The position numbers were made by a program, and so were the translations under genes. This document shows, piece by piece, positions 37,198 to 47,935 of a stretch of DNA of 64,000 nt. The stretch spans positions 74,836,001 to 74,900,000 of the forward strand of contig NW_024704743.1 in NCBI RefSeq assembly GCF_018977255.1, read 5' to 3'. The stretch is from Callorhinchus milii. Lineage: Eukaryota. Within the stretch, counting starts at the first letter, position 1, and each line of letters opens with the position of its first letter. The notes under the pieces were generated by a model, which saw only the letters and a list, made by a program, of their open reading frames with translations, was not told where the DNA came from and made no database searches.

Positions 37198-38189
37198 TTA
37201 ATTTAATCTAGAATTTATGCTAAATAATTCAGATGCTCTATAAAAATTTCAATTCTTAACTTTTTCCCCCCATAAGATATACTCACTGTCCTCTACATAG
37301 CTAATAGATTCCTGAATTGAAATGACTGGATCTGAAATTCAACTTGGATTCACAGTTCATTAACATGTTTACATTTTCCCGATTCTGTGCAATATTTATT
37401 ACCCATTTGTATCTTAAAGGACTGATCTAATCTTTAGTACTTTTGCCTACTCCTTTACATGGTTCTTACAAAAATCGATGGGATCACACTTTTTATGATT
37501 TACATTCTGTCTTCAATTAATTGTCCTCTTGACACCTTGCAATACGCTCACTTATCCTGAACTGGTTTTAACTCTTAGACCTCATCACTTTCTGCTTGTT
37601 TACATTATTTAAAAACACTTTAAACTTCATTCTGGCTTTGCAATCTAGGTTTCTTCCCATTCCAAACGCTTACCGCAGAAAAGCTTTGAAACAATCCTTT
37701 GTTTCGCTTCTATTTTCCAGTCTGGGCTCTCACTTGAGTTACAACAAGAGTGTTTTTTCGCAGCCCCAAACTTTCGCCGCCAGCATCTTTTGACCACAGC
37801 AAGTGCTGCTGCATCTTAATTGAGGATGTTGTTGCATTGATAATAATAACCTCTGCAGTTGGTATAGCACTTATCACGTTGTGGAAACGTCTCAAAGTGC
37901 TTCAGAGGATATATGTAAAGTGTATATATATATATATATGTAAAATATGTAAAGACTGTTGTGCTAAACACAGCAGCCAATTGCAAATTGGCACAACAAT
38001 GTCCCATAAACAACCACGGAGTGAGGGACGGATTTTATTGGGAGGGATTTGCTGACCAATATTTGAATACAATATTAAATCTAATTATAGCCTTCACTCC
38101 GCGCTAACTACTGAACCCAGTGAAGCATCTGCTGTGCCTCACGCACTGAAAGCGGAGGCTCACAGCCTCAATGCGGGGAGTGCCGAGCC

Positions 38190-38566
38190 AGGCCAGGCCA
38201 GGCCCAGACAGTGCCCCGGGCCGGCCTGCCCTGCCCTGCCCAGCCCTGCCTCCCTGCCCCGCCAGCCCTGCCCAGCCCTGCCCTCCCTGCCCCGCCAGCC
38301 CTGCCCCGCCAGCCCTGCCCTCCCTCCCTCCCTGCCAGCCCTGCCCCGCCAGCCCTGCCCTCCCTCCCTGCCAGCCCTACCCTCCCTCCCCTGCCAGCCC
38401 TGCCCTCCCTCCCCTGCCAGCCCTGCCCTCCCTCCCTGCCAGCCCTACCCTCCCTCCCCTGCCAGCCCTGCCCTGCCCTGCCCTGCCCGCCAGCCCTGCC
38501 CTGCCCTGCCCCGCCAGCCCTGCCCTCCCTCCCTGCCCCGCCAGCCCTGCCCTCCCTGCCCTGCCT
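38190..38566. repeat. Degenerate GC-rich tandem repeat (CCCTG / GCCAGCCCT units) in LZTFL1 intron 1
   Basis: Visible reiteration of ccctg, ccctccct and gccagccct. It accounts for the Pro/Ala-rich spurious ORFs at 38134-38810. Confidence 0.9.
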
Positions 38567-39200
38567 GGGGACTGAACAAAGCCACAGCTTGGGGCACTCA
38601 CCATGGCCGGGCTTCAGGCGCTGCAGAGTGACTCCTCACGCGAGCCGCCCTGACCGTTACAGCGCAGCCTCTCCCCCCCCCCCGTGTGTACTGTGCACAG
38701 CTCCAGCCTCCTCACCGCCGCCGCCTCTCGTCGCCCAGGAAACGGCCCTCACAGCCACTGCGCATGTCACGCCAGACAAACCATTCCGCCCAATACTCCC
38801 CCTGAAGTAGCCCAATGTGAGGCATTGATCCAACGGTGTCCATCCCGCACCTCCAATGGGGCAGCGGAGCAGATCAGAGCGGCCGATTAGGTCCTAATAC
38901 ATTTGCAAAGGTGTAAGAAAGCGTCTCCACGAAATCTGTTTCGCAGGTTTCAACTCTCGACGTGTTTTTTTCTTTAAAAAAATTAGCACGCGATTTTTTT
39001 TTACACACGCGCCGCGCGTGCGCGCGCAGCCAAAAAACACAAAAAAAACCGCCCAATTTGGGCGTGAATCCGCCCGACCTGGACACGTCGTGCACGTCAT
39101 TCCTCGGACCAGACACCCACGTGACCACACGCAACAATCGCTGCCCCCCCCCCCCCCACCACGTGTGTTGGTCACACAGGGTCACTTTGGATCATGAAGG
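38560..39200 (-). promoter_or_regulatory. LZTFL1 CpG-island promoter / 5' UTR
   Basis: CpG-rich against an AT-rich background. Motifs: X-box-like GTCGCCCAGGAAAC (38730-38743), NRF1-like ACTGCGCATGTC (38757-38768), three CCAAT boxes (38790, 38812, 38853) and CACGTG E-boxes near 39118 and 39160. Confidence 0.75.
38602..38604 (-). CDS. LZTFL1: LZTFL1 exon 1 coding part (ATG only)
   Basis: Minus strand reads ccggccATG|gtgagt: Kozak-like context and a consensus donor inside a CpG island. Exon 2 starts in phase 0 with AELGLNE. Confidence 0.88.
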
Positions 39201-39219
39201 CTCCTTTGGTCCCAACCTC

Positions 39220-40670
39220 TGAGACCCTCCGCCCTCACCTCCTTCTCTCACCTCCTTCAGTGTCCGTCTCAAGACCTTCCTCTTTGACCACACGTTCATA
39301 GAATCCTAGAACTATGCAGCGCAGAAGGAGGCCATTCGGCCCACCGTGTCTGTCGCCGGCTCTTTCAAAAGAGCTGTCCAAATCAATCCCACTCCCCCGC
39401 GCTCTCCCCAGAGCCCTGCAAACCTGTCCTCCCCCAACCATCCTCGATCATCTTCACCACCCATCTGGGCTCCCATCTGCCCCAAATCCAATCCCCAGCT
39501 CGGATCCACCAATCAACTAACAACCGGGTTCCTACTTACTGCTTGGTAAACAGGAGTGTGGAGTAAGGAAACTTGCCTAATCTTTTGACCTGCCCGGGAA
39601 TTGAACCCAGGTCCTCTCACTTGCGAGCAGAGTGCTCTAACCACTATACTACAGGACTCCACAGTTACATATAGATCCCATGGCACTATTCAAAAAGTGA
39701 AGGGAGTTTGACCTAGTGTCCTGGCTAACAATACCCTCAAAATAAAAATTGGTGATTCACTTCATTCATGGTTGCCCTCTTCACCTCACCTAGTTAATAA
39801 GAAACCTTGGTGTCCTTTTCAACCATCAGCTATCCTTCGAACCCCACATTTGTACCGTGACCCATTCCACCTTTCCCCACTTCTGCAACATTGCCCGCCT
39901 CCGCCACTGCCTCTCACCGCAAGCCGCAGAGACCCTGATCCACGCTTTCATCATGTCCCGGCTTGCCTCCGCCAACTGCCTGCTCACTGGACTTCCCAAC
40001 TCTTCCCTTCACAAGCTGCAGATTATTCAGAATTCTGTAGCTTGTGTCCTCTCCCACACCAGGCTCCTTGAACCAATCTCCCCCGTTCTGGCCTGGCTTC
40101 ACTAGATCCCCATCCCTCAGAGAATCAAGGTCAAAATCCTTGTTCTTACCTTCAAAATCCTCCACAATCTTGCTCACTCCACCTCTCCGACCTCCTAACC
40201 CCATATCAGCCTGTCCGCTCCCTCTGCTCAGCGGACACCGGTTTGCTTCAGGTGCCCTGGAATTTTTCCACCCCACCATTGGCGATCGGGCATTCAGCTT
40301 CTCCGTCGGCACATGGCCTCCTTCTGTGTTGTATAATTCAATGATTCTATGATCTCAGCCCTCACACTCTGGAACTCTATCCCACAATCTCTCCTCCTCA
40401 CCCCGTCTCTTGCCGCCTTCGAGTGCCATCTAAAGATCTTCCTCTTTGACCGTGCCTTTATTGATGAAATACCTTCAAATAAATAATATTTTTTTAACAA
40501 TTTGATCACTCAATCCATGACTGTGGGACACTACTGTGCGCAATTGGCTGCCAAGTTTCGCCCACAAAATGTACAGTCGATACACTTTACAGTATATTCT
40601 GTGAAACACTCTGAGACATCTCAACGACGTGATAAAGCGCTATATCAAATGCAAGGATTATTATTATTAT
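39220..40670. mobile_element. Nested repeat cluster: L2 pieces, CR1 3' tails (39297-39440 minus; 40313-40353 plus), SINE head (39508-39660 minus), L2 (39800-40460 plus), SINE tail (40500-40669 plus)
   Basis: Family-diagnostic motifs shared with other copies in the window. Confidence 0.75.
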
Positions 40671-41299
40671 ACTGCTTCTTCAGATACTGGGAGTCCATGT
40701 TACTAAAGTAGCAAAAAATCAAGTCTTCAACTGGGACATGAATGTTACATTCCAGACAAGTCCAAGCACGCTGTGCTACAGTATTAGTGTTAGGTCTTCC
40801 AAGTTCTATGATTGTTGACATCATGAACAAACAAAAATGTTCTTACAAATGAGGTAATGATATTCTGCATCTCCAACACTGTTGTATTCGGTGTCTATTC
40901 TCAACAAACTTTACACTTGAATTGTAAAAAAATTAGCAATGTTTCTTTTTTCTCGGGTGAGACAACAGAACGGAGATTTACAGATTAAGCAGTGGTTTGT
41001 TCACATCCATCAAAATGAGAACTGAACTCTGTTTTTGTGAGGCAACCTCATTTGTTAATAAAATTAATAAGACTGGTTTACAAAACAAATAAGATACTAG
41101 CTGGATTAAGTTAGGAACATGGTACCTGAAAAGTGATCACCTCATCCAATTACAATATTATATTTCCTTTAAAAGTGAGCAACGAAGATGCCAAATTCTG
41201 AGAGCCTAAATTACAAGGAAAAGTTACGAAAGTTAAGTTCCTAATGTGATGACCTAATTAAAAGGATATTGTTAGCAAACAGGAATCAGGAAACCATAG

Positions 41300-41600
41300 T
41301 TGGTTGAGTTGCTTGCACTGTTGCCTCTGAGTAAAAAGGTTGTGGGACCGAGCCCCATGTTGGTAATTGGAGCTTATGTAATACATAGTGACACTTCAAT
41401 GTGGTGCTAGGGAGGTGTTGAACTGTTGGACATGCCATTCTTCAGATATGCTGTCCTTCAGATGAGAGATTAAACCAAGGTCCTATCTGCCTAATAGGGT
41501 GGATAATAAAGATCTCATGGCACTAGTTGAAAAGAGAACAACAACAAGATTACATTCGTATAGCGCCTTTCACGTCGGGAGGACGTCCCAAGGCACTAGA
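41300..41600. mobile_element. Old Deu-type SINE 5' part (plus) followed by an L2 tail (minus)
   Basis: gcctctgagtaaaaaggttgtggg...ttaaaccaaggtcctatctgcc...aaagatctcatggcacta, then (caa)n...gcgcctttcacgtcgggaggacgtccc. Confidence 0.65.
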
Positions 41601-43179
41601 CAATGTACAGCATTTCAGACCCGAGTTGTGTAACATCAATTTCTCTGGCATTCTAACCAGTATGACAACAGGAGTTGAGAATCAATTCAGAAGTTTTCTA
41701 CAAGATCAACTGTAAATTTGGATCTGCAATGTTCTGTACATATTGTTCTGTAAGGAGCTTAGAGAAGCTTAAATTTCACACATCAAATTTTCTATTTTGC
41801 TTTGGCTTTTAATTACTTTCACTCTCTCCCCAAGCAGTTTCTTAGAATTTTTGATTAATCTCTGGCTTGCTCATTTTCACAGGTTGAACATTACAATATT
41901 TCACTCTGTCACTGAAATATGGAATTTCCTATTTCCTTACTGTTGTCTGAAATTCATCTTCAAAATTGAAATCTATTGTGCACATATTGTAATACAAACC
42001 AATTACCTATTCACAATGCATCTTTCATTCTCTCATTATTAAAAATAATAATTGCATTTGATGTAGTGCCTTCCACATCAAGAGGACATCTCAAATGACA
42101 TGATTTACTGTGAAGTATAGTTGCTGTATATTTTGCAGGAGAGCACGACAGCCAATTTGTGCACAGTAATGTCCCACAAACAGCTATTAAGTGAATGACC
42201 AATCACCACTGTGTTGGTAACAGCATGTATTATGCATTTGCGTTTTCCTTCATTTATGACCACTTAGTAATTACTTGTTCTAGCAGTCCATTGCATCAAG
42301 GCTTTCGAAAAGATGAGTACAATTTTGTAATTTGTACCTGCTGAGTTAATCTTGGAGATTGAAAAAAATAATTAAAAATTTTATAACTTTATACATTGGC
42401 CCTCAGCTTAAAACCCCAAAACCTGTACAATTTTTACAGAATAGTTTATTTCACCCAAATGTTGCTTACATATGTTTGTAAACAGTTTTCACTTCAGGAA
42501 AAAAACAAAACAAAACAAAATCTAAGCCAAACAGATTTGTGACTTGTGACACAAATCAGCTACTTAGGGAGCCTGAAGACTGATGGGGCTTTGTACTTTG
42601 AAAGGAAGTCATATGAAAAGAAGCGTTTGTCATTCTAATTTACTAATTTAAATATTAATTTATCAGCTAGCTTGCTCACTTATGAAAGTCAGATGTTGTT
42701 CAGAGCACATGACATTCTTTTTTTGCAAAATCTTCTGAGAAGCAGGAGTATACTGAGGATCTGGGCGCTGCTTCAATCAACATTAACACGTTTGCTTTAA
42801 TCATGAGGTCTGGGTAAGTACTTATTTCTGCTTGGGTTTATCAACATTTTATGTTCTACTTATTCTTAGTATTTAATGCATTTTGTTTTACATTAGGTAA
42901 AGCAAAAAGGAAAAAATAGGATGTTCTGAATCACCATGTACATTCGATTTTCTCATGTTCAACTGAGTAGAATAATCTTTCCTTTTAAATAAACTATTGA
43001 TATATCAAAATGTTTTACAAGATTTACAACGATCTGAAACTTTAACATAATTGATATCAATATGGCTGTTGAGTTGAATCAAATTAAGATCATATATCAG
43101 TGGCTCTTAAAATAAAACCTTGAAGCAATGGTCGATAATTGTCAAACATACCTTTATATTCCCTCGTGCATGCAGTTGT

Positions 43180-45210
43180 CACCTCCCGCTTGGATTACTC
43201 CAACGCACTCCTCGTAGGTCTCCCCAGCTCCACTATTCACAAGATCCACCTCATTCAAAACTCTGCGGCCCCATACTGACCAGCACCAAACTCCGTACCC
43301 ACATCTCACCAGTTCTGTCCGGGCTCCACTGGCTCCCCATCACCAAACGGATCGACTTCAAGATTCTCATAATCGTGTTCCAATCCATTCACTCTCTGGC
43401 ACCTCCCTACCAGCGCCTCTGCTCAACTGGCACCGGCCTTCTGCTTGTCCCTCACACCCTCCGCCCTATCATTGGAGGTTGCGCTTTCAGCCATTACGCC
43501 CCAAAACTCTGGAACACTCTCCCTCAATCCCTCCACATTGCCCCCTCTCTCCTCCTTTCAAGTCCCGCCTGAAAACTTTCCTCTTCGATCGTCCTAACGG
43601 CCACCTTCCACCTCCACGGCTCGGAGTCAAGCTCCGCCACTGTTAAGCGCTCTGAGACGCTACCCTGCGTGGAGAGCACCATATAAGCATGTTGTTGTAT
43701 ATATGACAATAATCTTGAGGTATAGTTTTCTTGTCTGTCAAACATCAAGTCCTGGATGAGAGGCAATTTCCTACAGTTGAATGTCAATAAGACCGAGGCT
43801 CTCCTGCTTGGCTCCCGTCAGCGCCCCCTCACCCTAGGCACTGACAGCATCACTATTCAAGGATCAAGTTTGTAGAATTTGCTGGGTGAAAGAAGACCAA
43901 GGTCCATCTAGTTCACCATCCACGATCCTGGAGTTGCTTGACATATCTTGTCCCAAACTATAGACTATATTGTGAGATATTATTTTCTAGCAGAAATCTA
44001 TCTAATTTGTCCTTGAAACAAATGACATTCCACTGACTCCCTAGGGAGCCTGTTCCATACATTTATTGCTCACGCACTGAAGTAGTGTTTCCGCAGATTT
44101 GTTCTTGAGTTTGCCCCATTGTTGGGATAGTTTCAATGTATTCTCAATCAGGATCCCCAGGGCCTTTTCATTTTCCATACAGATTATTTTCTTAGCATTT
44201 AAATGCTAAGTCCCTTCTTGGACTTTTTGCCCCCATGTGAAGCACTTTGAATTTCTCTACGTTGATTTCAGCTGCCATCGATCTGCCCAATTCCCAAGAA
44301 TGTTCAAGTCCTCCTGTAATAATAATAATATAATATAATCTTTGCATTTGATATAGCACTCTTCACATCTTATCGACGTCTCAAAGTACTTCACAGAATA
44401 TGCTGTGAAGTGAATTGACCAAATATTTGTGGGCGAAACGCGGCAGCCAATTGCACACAGCAGTGTCCCACAAACAGTTGTGGATTGAAATGACCAATTT
44501 ATTATTTATTGATGGAGTATTAGTGGGGTATTAATGGTTATTTATGGGGTATTAATGGGTATTAATGAAAATGTAACCTATCCTGTTCATCTTTGCAGCC
44601 TACCATCTACACTAGCTTTGCGTCATCTGCAAATCAACTGTACTTGTGATGCCTAGCTCCAGGTTGTTTATGAAGATGTTAAATAAAAGAGGTCCCTCAA
44701 GATCCTTGTCCTCATCTTAAAAGCCCTCCAAGGTCTTGCTCCTACCTACCTCTGCAAGCTATTAAAACTTCAACAATCCGTTGGCTACCTCTGCTCTGTA
44801 GGGACTGCCTGCTCCACATCCCTCACCCTACCTGCTCCTCTTTTGGCGGTCAGACTTTCAGCCTTTCTGCACCCACCTTTTGCAACTCCATCCCGGAGTC
44901 CCTCCATCTTACCCCCTCCCTTGCCTCCTTTAGGACTCATCTCAAGTCCTTCCTTTTCAACTGTGCCTTTAGTCATCTTCCCTCCTCCACCCTCATTGCC
45001 CTCACCGCTCTTTGATCCCAACCCACAGCTCGGGTACAAACCAGTGTCTTGGGATGTCCTCCCCTATTTCCATTTCAGATACACTTCAGCACACACCAAG
45101 GACATGAAAAATCTATCGAAAACCTCCCTTCTATTGAGGTATCAGAAAACAACAACAAACTGCATTTATATAACGATGTGAAAGTCATTATTTAAATGCA
45201 ATTTGTTGTT
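43180..45210. mobile_element. Cluster of L2 fragments (43180-43860 plus, 44700-45210 plus) and old CR1 (43870-44700 minus) split by a SINE tail (44319-44510 minus)
   Basis: ORF 43120-43572 (LHWLPITKRIDFKILI...GGCAFSHYAPKLWNTLP); antisense CR1 FADD (gcgtcatctgcaaa). Confidence 0.75.
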
Positions 45211-45864
45211 TTTTCTGATAACTCAATAGAAGGGAGCTTGTCGATAGATTTAGTGGTGTGTGCTGAAGTATTTCTGAAATGGGCATAGTTTTAGATTTAG
45301 ATAGTAGTGGAGTAGGGTTCCACATTACAACAAAAAACAGGACACAACACCATTCTGAAAATACTGAGAGAAGTAGATAATTTAATAATGAGGAAACGAC
45401 TGAACTTGGATTGTGAATGCTGAACAGGATTAGAGGGATCTTTCTATATATGTGGCGGAGGAGCTCCAAAGGGCGGGGGCAGAAAGCCCGATTAGAGCAT
45501 AAGTTTACTCAGAGTGGTCAAGATGCTGAATAGGTATTCATCTTGATTAATACCTTTAATAAGGACTGGTTAAATATCATTTTTCATTGGCTTTAAGGAC
45601 AAACTTTTGCCCTCCTCTTCGACCGTGTCTTCGATCATCTTCCCTCCCTCCCTGCCTGCCCTCCAGCCTCCCCCATTCCGACCCCCAGCTCGGGTCCGAA
45701 ACACTGGAACGTCTTCCCGACATGAAAGGAGCTGTACAAATGTAATTTTGTTGTTATATAAATGCAAATTGTAGTTGTTGTTGAACTGCAACATTTAAAA
45801 GGACAATATCACTCGGTGAGGCAGTTTGGGATCCTGGATCATTGGAAAACAGTGCACATTCCTT

Positions 45865-46193
45865 TAATAATAATAATAATAATCCTTGCATTTGATATAG
45901 TGCTTTTCACGTCGGGAGGACGTCCCAAAGCGCTTCACAGAACACAGTGTAAAGTGAATTGACTGTATGTTTGTGGGCGAACGCGGCAGCCAATTGCGCA
46001 CAGCAATGTCCACAAACAGTCGTAGATTGAAAATGACCAATTTATTATTGTTTTTGGTTTTGGAGGGATTATTATTAGGGCTCTGTGTGGAGTAAGGAAA
46101 CTTGCCCAAGGTTTCGCCCTCTGCCTGGAATTGAACTCAGGTCTGTCTCTCACTTGCAAAGCGAGTGCTCTAACCACTGAGCTACAGGACTCC
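45865..46193 (-). mobile_element. tRNA-derived SINE, young short subtype, ~200 bp upstream of the DNAJC13 promoter core
   Basis: Near-identical antisense counterpart of 30934-31252. Confidence 0.9.
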
Positions 46194-46299
46194 AGGCACA
46201 GAGACATTTCCAACGTGTGTCAGTCAGGTGGCATATTCAGTCTGTCTGGGATCACACCAGTGATGGGGTTCCTCATGTACCACACGTGACCAAAACAGA

Positions 46300-47200
46300 C
46301 ACCCGCCAATCTCCTCCTCCTCTCCCAGTCAGTACTGATGACGTTGTCTCCGATTCAAATCTGGCGCCATTCCCCCCCCCCACCGCCCGCCCGCCTCGCG
46401 CTTCCTGTTTCCGGTCAGTTGTCAGGTGAGGGTCGCGTGACGGCGCGTGCGCGGTGTCTGGGTCTGTGGCTGAAGATGGCAGCGACCTGAGAGCGAGAGG
46501 CACCCACAGCGACACAGCCCGAGCGGCTCACTGCAGGTCAGCCCGGCCCGGCCCGGCCCCGGACACTGCGGCCGCCAGCGGTTGTGTGTGTGGGGGAGAG
46601 AGAGAGAGAGAGAGAGGGTGTGACAGGGCTTCGGCCTCGGCCGCCCGGGCAGCAGCGGACTTCAGTGCGGCTCGGGCGGAGGCCGGCGGGGGTCGGGCCG
46701 GCAGGCAGGCAGGCAGGCAGGCCGGGGCGCTCAGTGCTGCCCGCCTCCGGGGCCTCGGCCTGGCTGCAGCTGTTGTTGTTGTTGTTGTGCCGGGACCCCA
46801 CCCTGTCTCGCGCGAGGAGTTTGTCTCCAGGGCTGGTGCCGTGCCTGCCCTGCCCTGCCTGCCTGCCCCGCCCTGCAGTGTGTGTGTGTCACTGGCTGAG
46901 CAGCGGCGGGGCACCGGCAGTCGCTATACATTTTGCATTACATTTAGTTGAACTCGCACTTCAGGCGAGTACCGTTTCGTCACTTGCAGCGGTGGATGGG
47001 GTGAGTCGCCGCTGTGTTATTGCCCGACGCCGCCGTGGACTTCGTTCGCTGAGAGGTTCAGTGTCGGGACTGTGGTGTCAGCTGTTTAAAGCGATATTCC
47101 AGGAGGAGACCGATTCGATCGAGACCGCCTCTGATTTATCCCTCCCGCAGTTTTGCTCAGAAAGCACAGGCGAACGATAAAGAAAGTCGCTTTTGAACCC
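46300..47200 (+). promoter_or_regulatory. DNAJC13 CpG-island promoter and non-coding first exon (candidate donors at 46425/6 and 46536/7)
   Basis: CpG-rich. Motifs: tandem ETS/GABP-like CTTCCTGTTTCCGG (46401-46414), YY1-like AAGATGGC (46473-46480), GC boxes and a TGACGT half-CRE. Candidate donors are gtcag|gtgagg and ctgcag|gtcagc. Confidence 0.75.
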
Positions 47201-47289
47201 TGACTTCCCAACTTACTTACACATCAGTGTTCAGCAGAGCGGCGCTCGGATTTCAATTGGCACTGAAATTACACAGTCGTCCAAAGGGA

Positions 47290-47935
47290 AGTGTGTGCGA
47301 AACGCAACAATACTGCAAATCTGAAACACAAACAGAAGTCGCCGGGAACAGTCAGCACAGCACAGCTCAGCTCAGCACAGCTCAGCTCAGGGCAGTGCAG
47401 GGCAGCAGCTATGGAGAAAGGAAAGTGAGTCAACGTTTCGGGTCCACGACCCTTCGTCAGAACTGGGGCACGTTGGGAGGGAGAGGCTTTTAAGGAGAGG
47501 GAGGAGGCAGGGCAAGGAATACAGAGGGAACAGGGGGTAGAGGACAGGGGGTGGTGGATTAAGGGGGTGTTAATGATGCAAATCAACAACAACAGCAACA
47601 AGATTGTATTTACAGAGCGCCTTTCACGTCGGGAGGACGTACCAAAGGCGCTGGACAGTTGGGTCAGGACCCGAGCAGGGGGGCAATGGTCAGGGTGAGG
47701 GGAGGGAAGGGAGGGAGCGAGGAGGGGGATTGCCACTAAACGGGGCGAAAGGGGGTGTTAATGATGCAAAACAAAGTGGGGTGGGGGGAATTGCAACAAA
47801 CAGGCAGACCAGAGAGAGGAAAGGTGTGTCTAGGATCTAGATGTTGTGGTAATGGTTACAGAAGAGGGGAAGGTGAGCTCTTATGGTCTGAAATTATTGA
47901 AATCAATATTGAGGCCAGAGGGCTGTAAGGTGAAG
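47290..47935 (-). mobile_element. Penelope-like element (Neptune-type) 3' remnant, interrupted by an L2 tail (47584-47728)
   Basis: Minus strand 47931-47881 encodes TLQPSGLNIDFNNFRP*, typical of a PLE ORF C-terminus. It is followed by a pyrimidine-rich UTR and a hammerhead motif. Confidence 0.75.
47428..47464 (-). ncRNA. Minimal type I hammerhead ribozyme (PLE-associated)
   Basis: AGUU-CUGACGA-A-GGGUC-GUG-GACCC-GAAA-CG-UU-GACU: core boxes CUGANGA and GAAA, perfect 5-bp stem II, stem I AGUU/GACU, palindromic ACGU stem III. Confidence 0.75.

Larger units (their letters stand above)
14516..38604 (-). other. LZTFL1: LZTFL1 (BBS17) gene model, complete CDS in 10 exons (897 nt, 298 aa)
   Basis: Manually spliced exons (3+125+195+58+72+66+78+177+104+19 nt), all GT-AG and phase-compatible. 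They translate to MAELGLNEHHQNEVINYMRFARSKR...ELEKKFQQTAGYRNMKEILTKKNDQIKELRKRLSKYEPED*, recognisable as vertebrate LZTFL1. Confidence 0.97.

Noticed and set aside
38134..38810. Pro/Ala/Cys-rich ORFs of 134-199 aa
   Set aside because: They are translations of the CCCTG tandem repeat and GC-rich promoter, open in several frames, with no protein family signal.
41016..41026. TGAGAACTGAA, identical to the miR-146 5' end
   Set aside because: The match stops after 11 nt and there is no complementary hairpin arm.
46217..47180. Overlapping ORFs up to 198 aa on both strands
   Set aside because: A by-product of the stop-poor CpG island and microsatellites; the DNAJC13 CDS starts at 54610.
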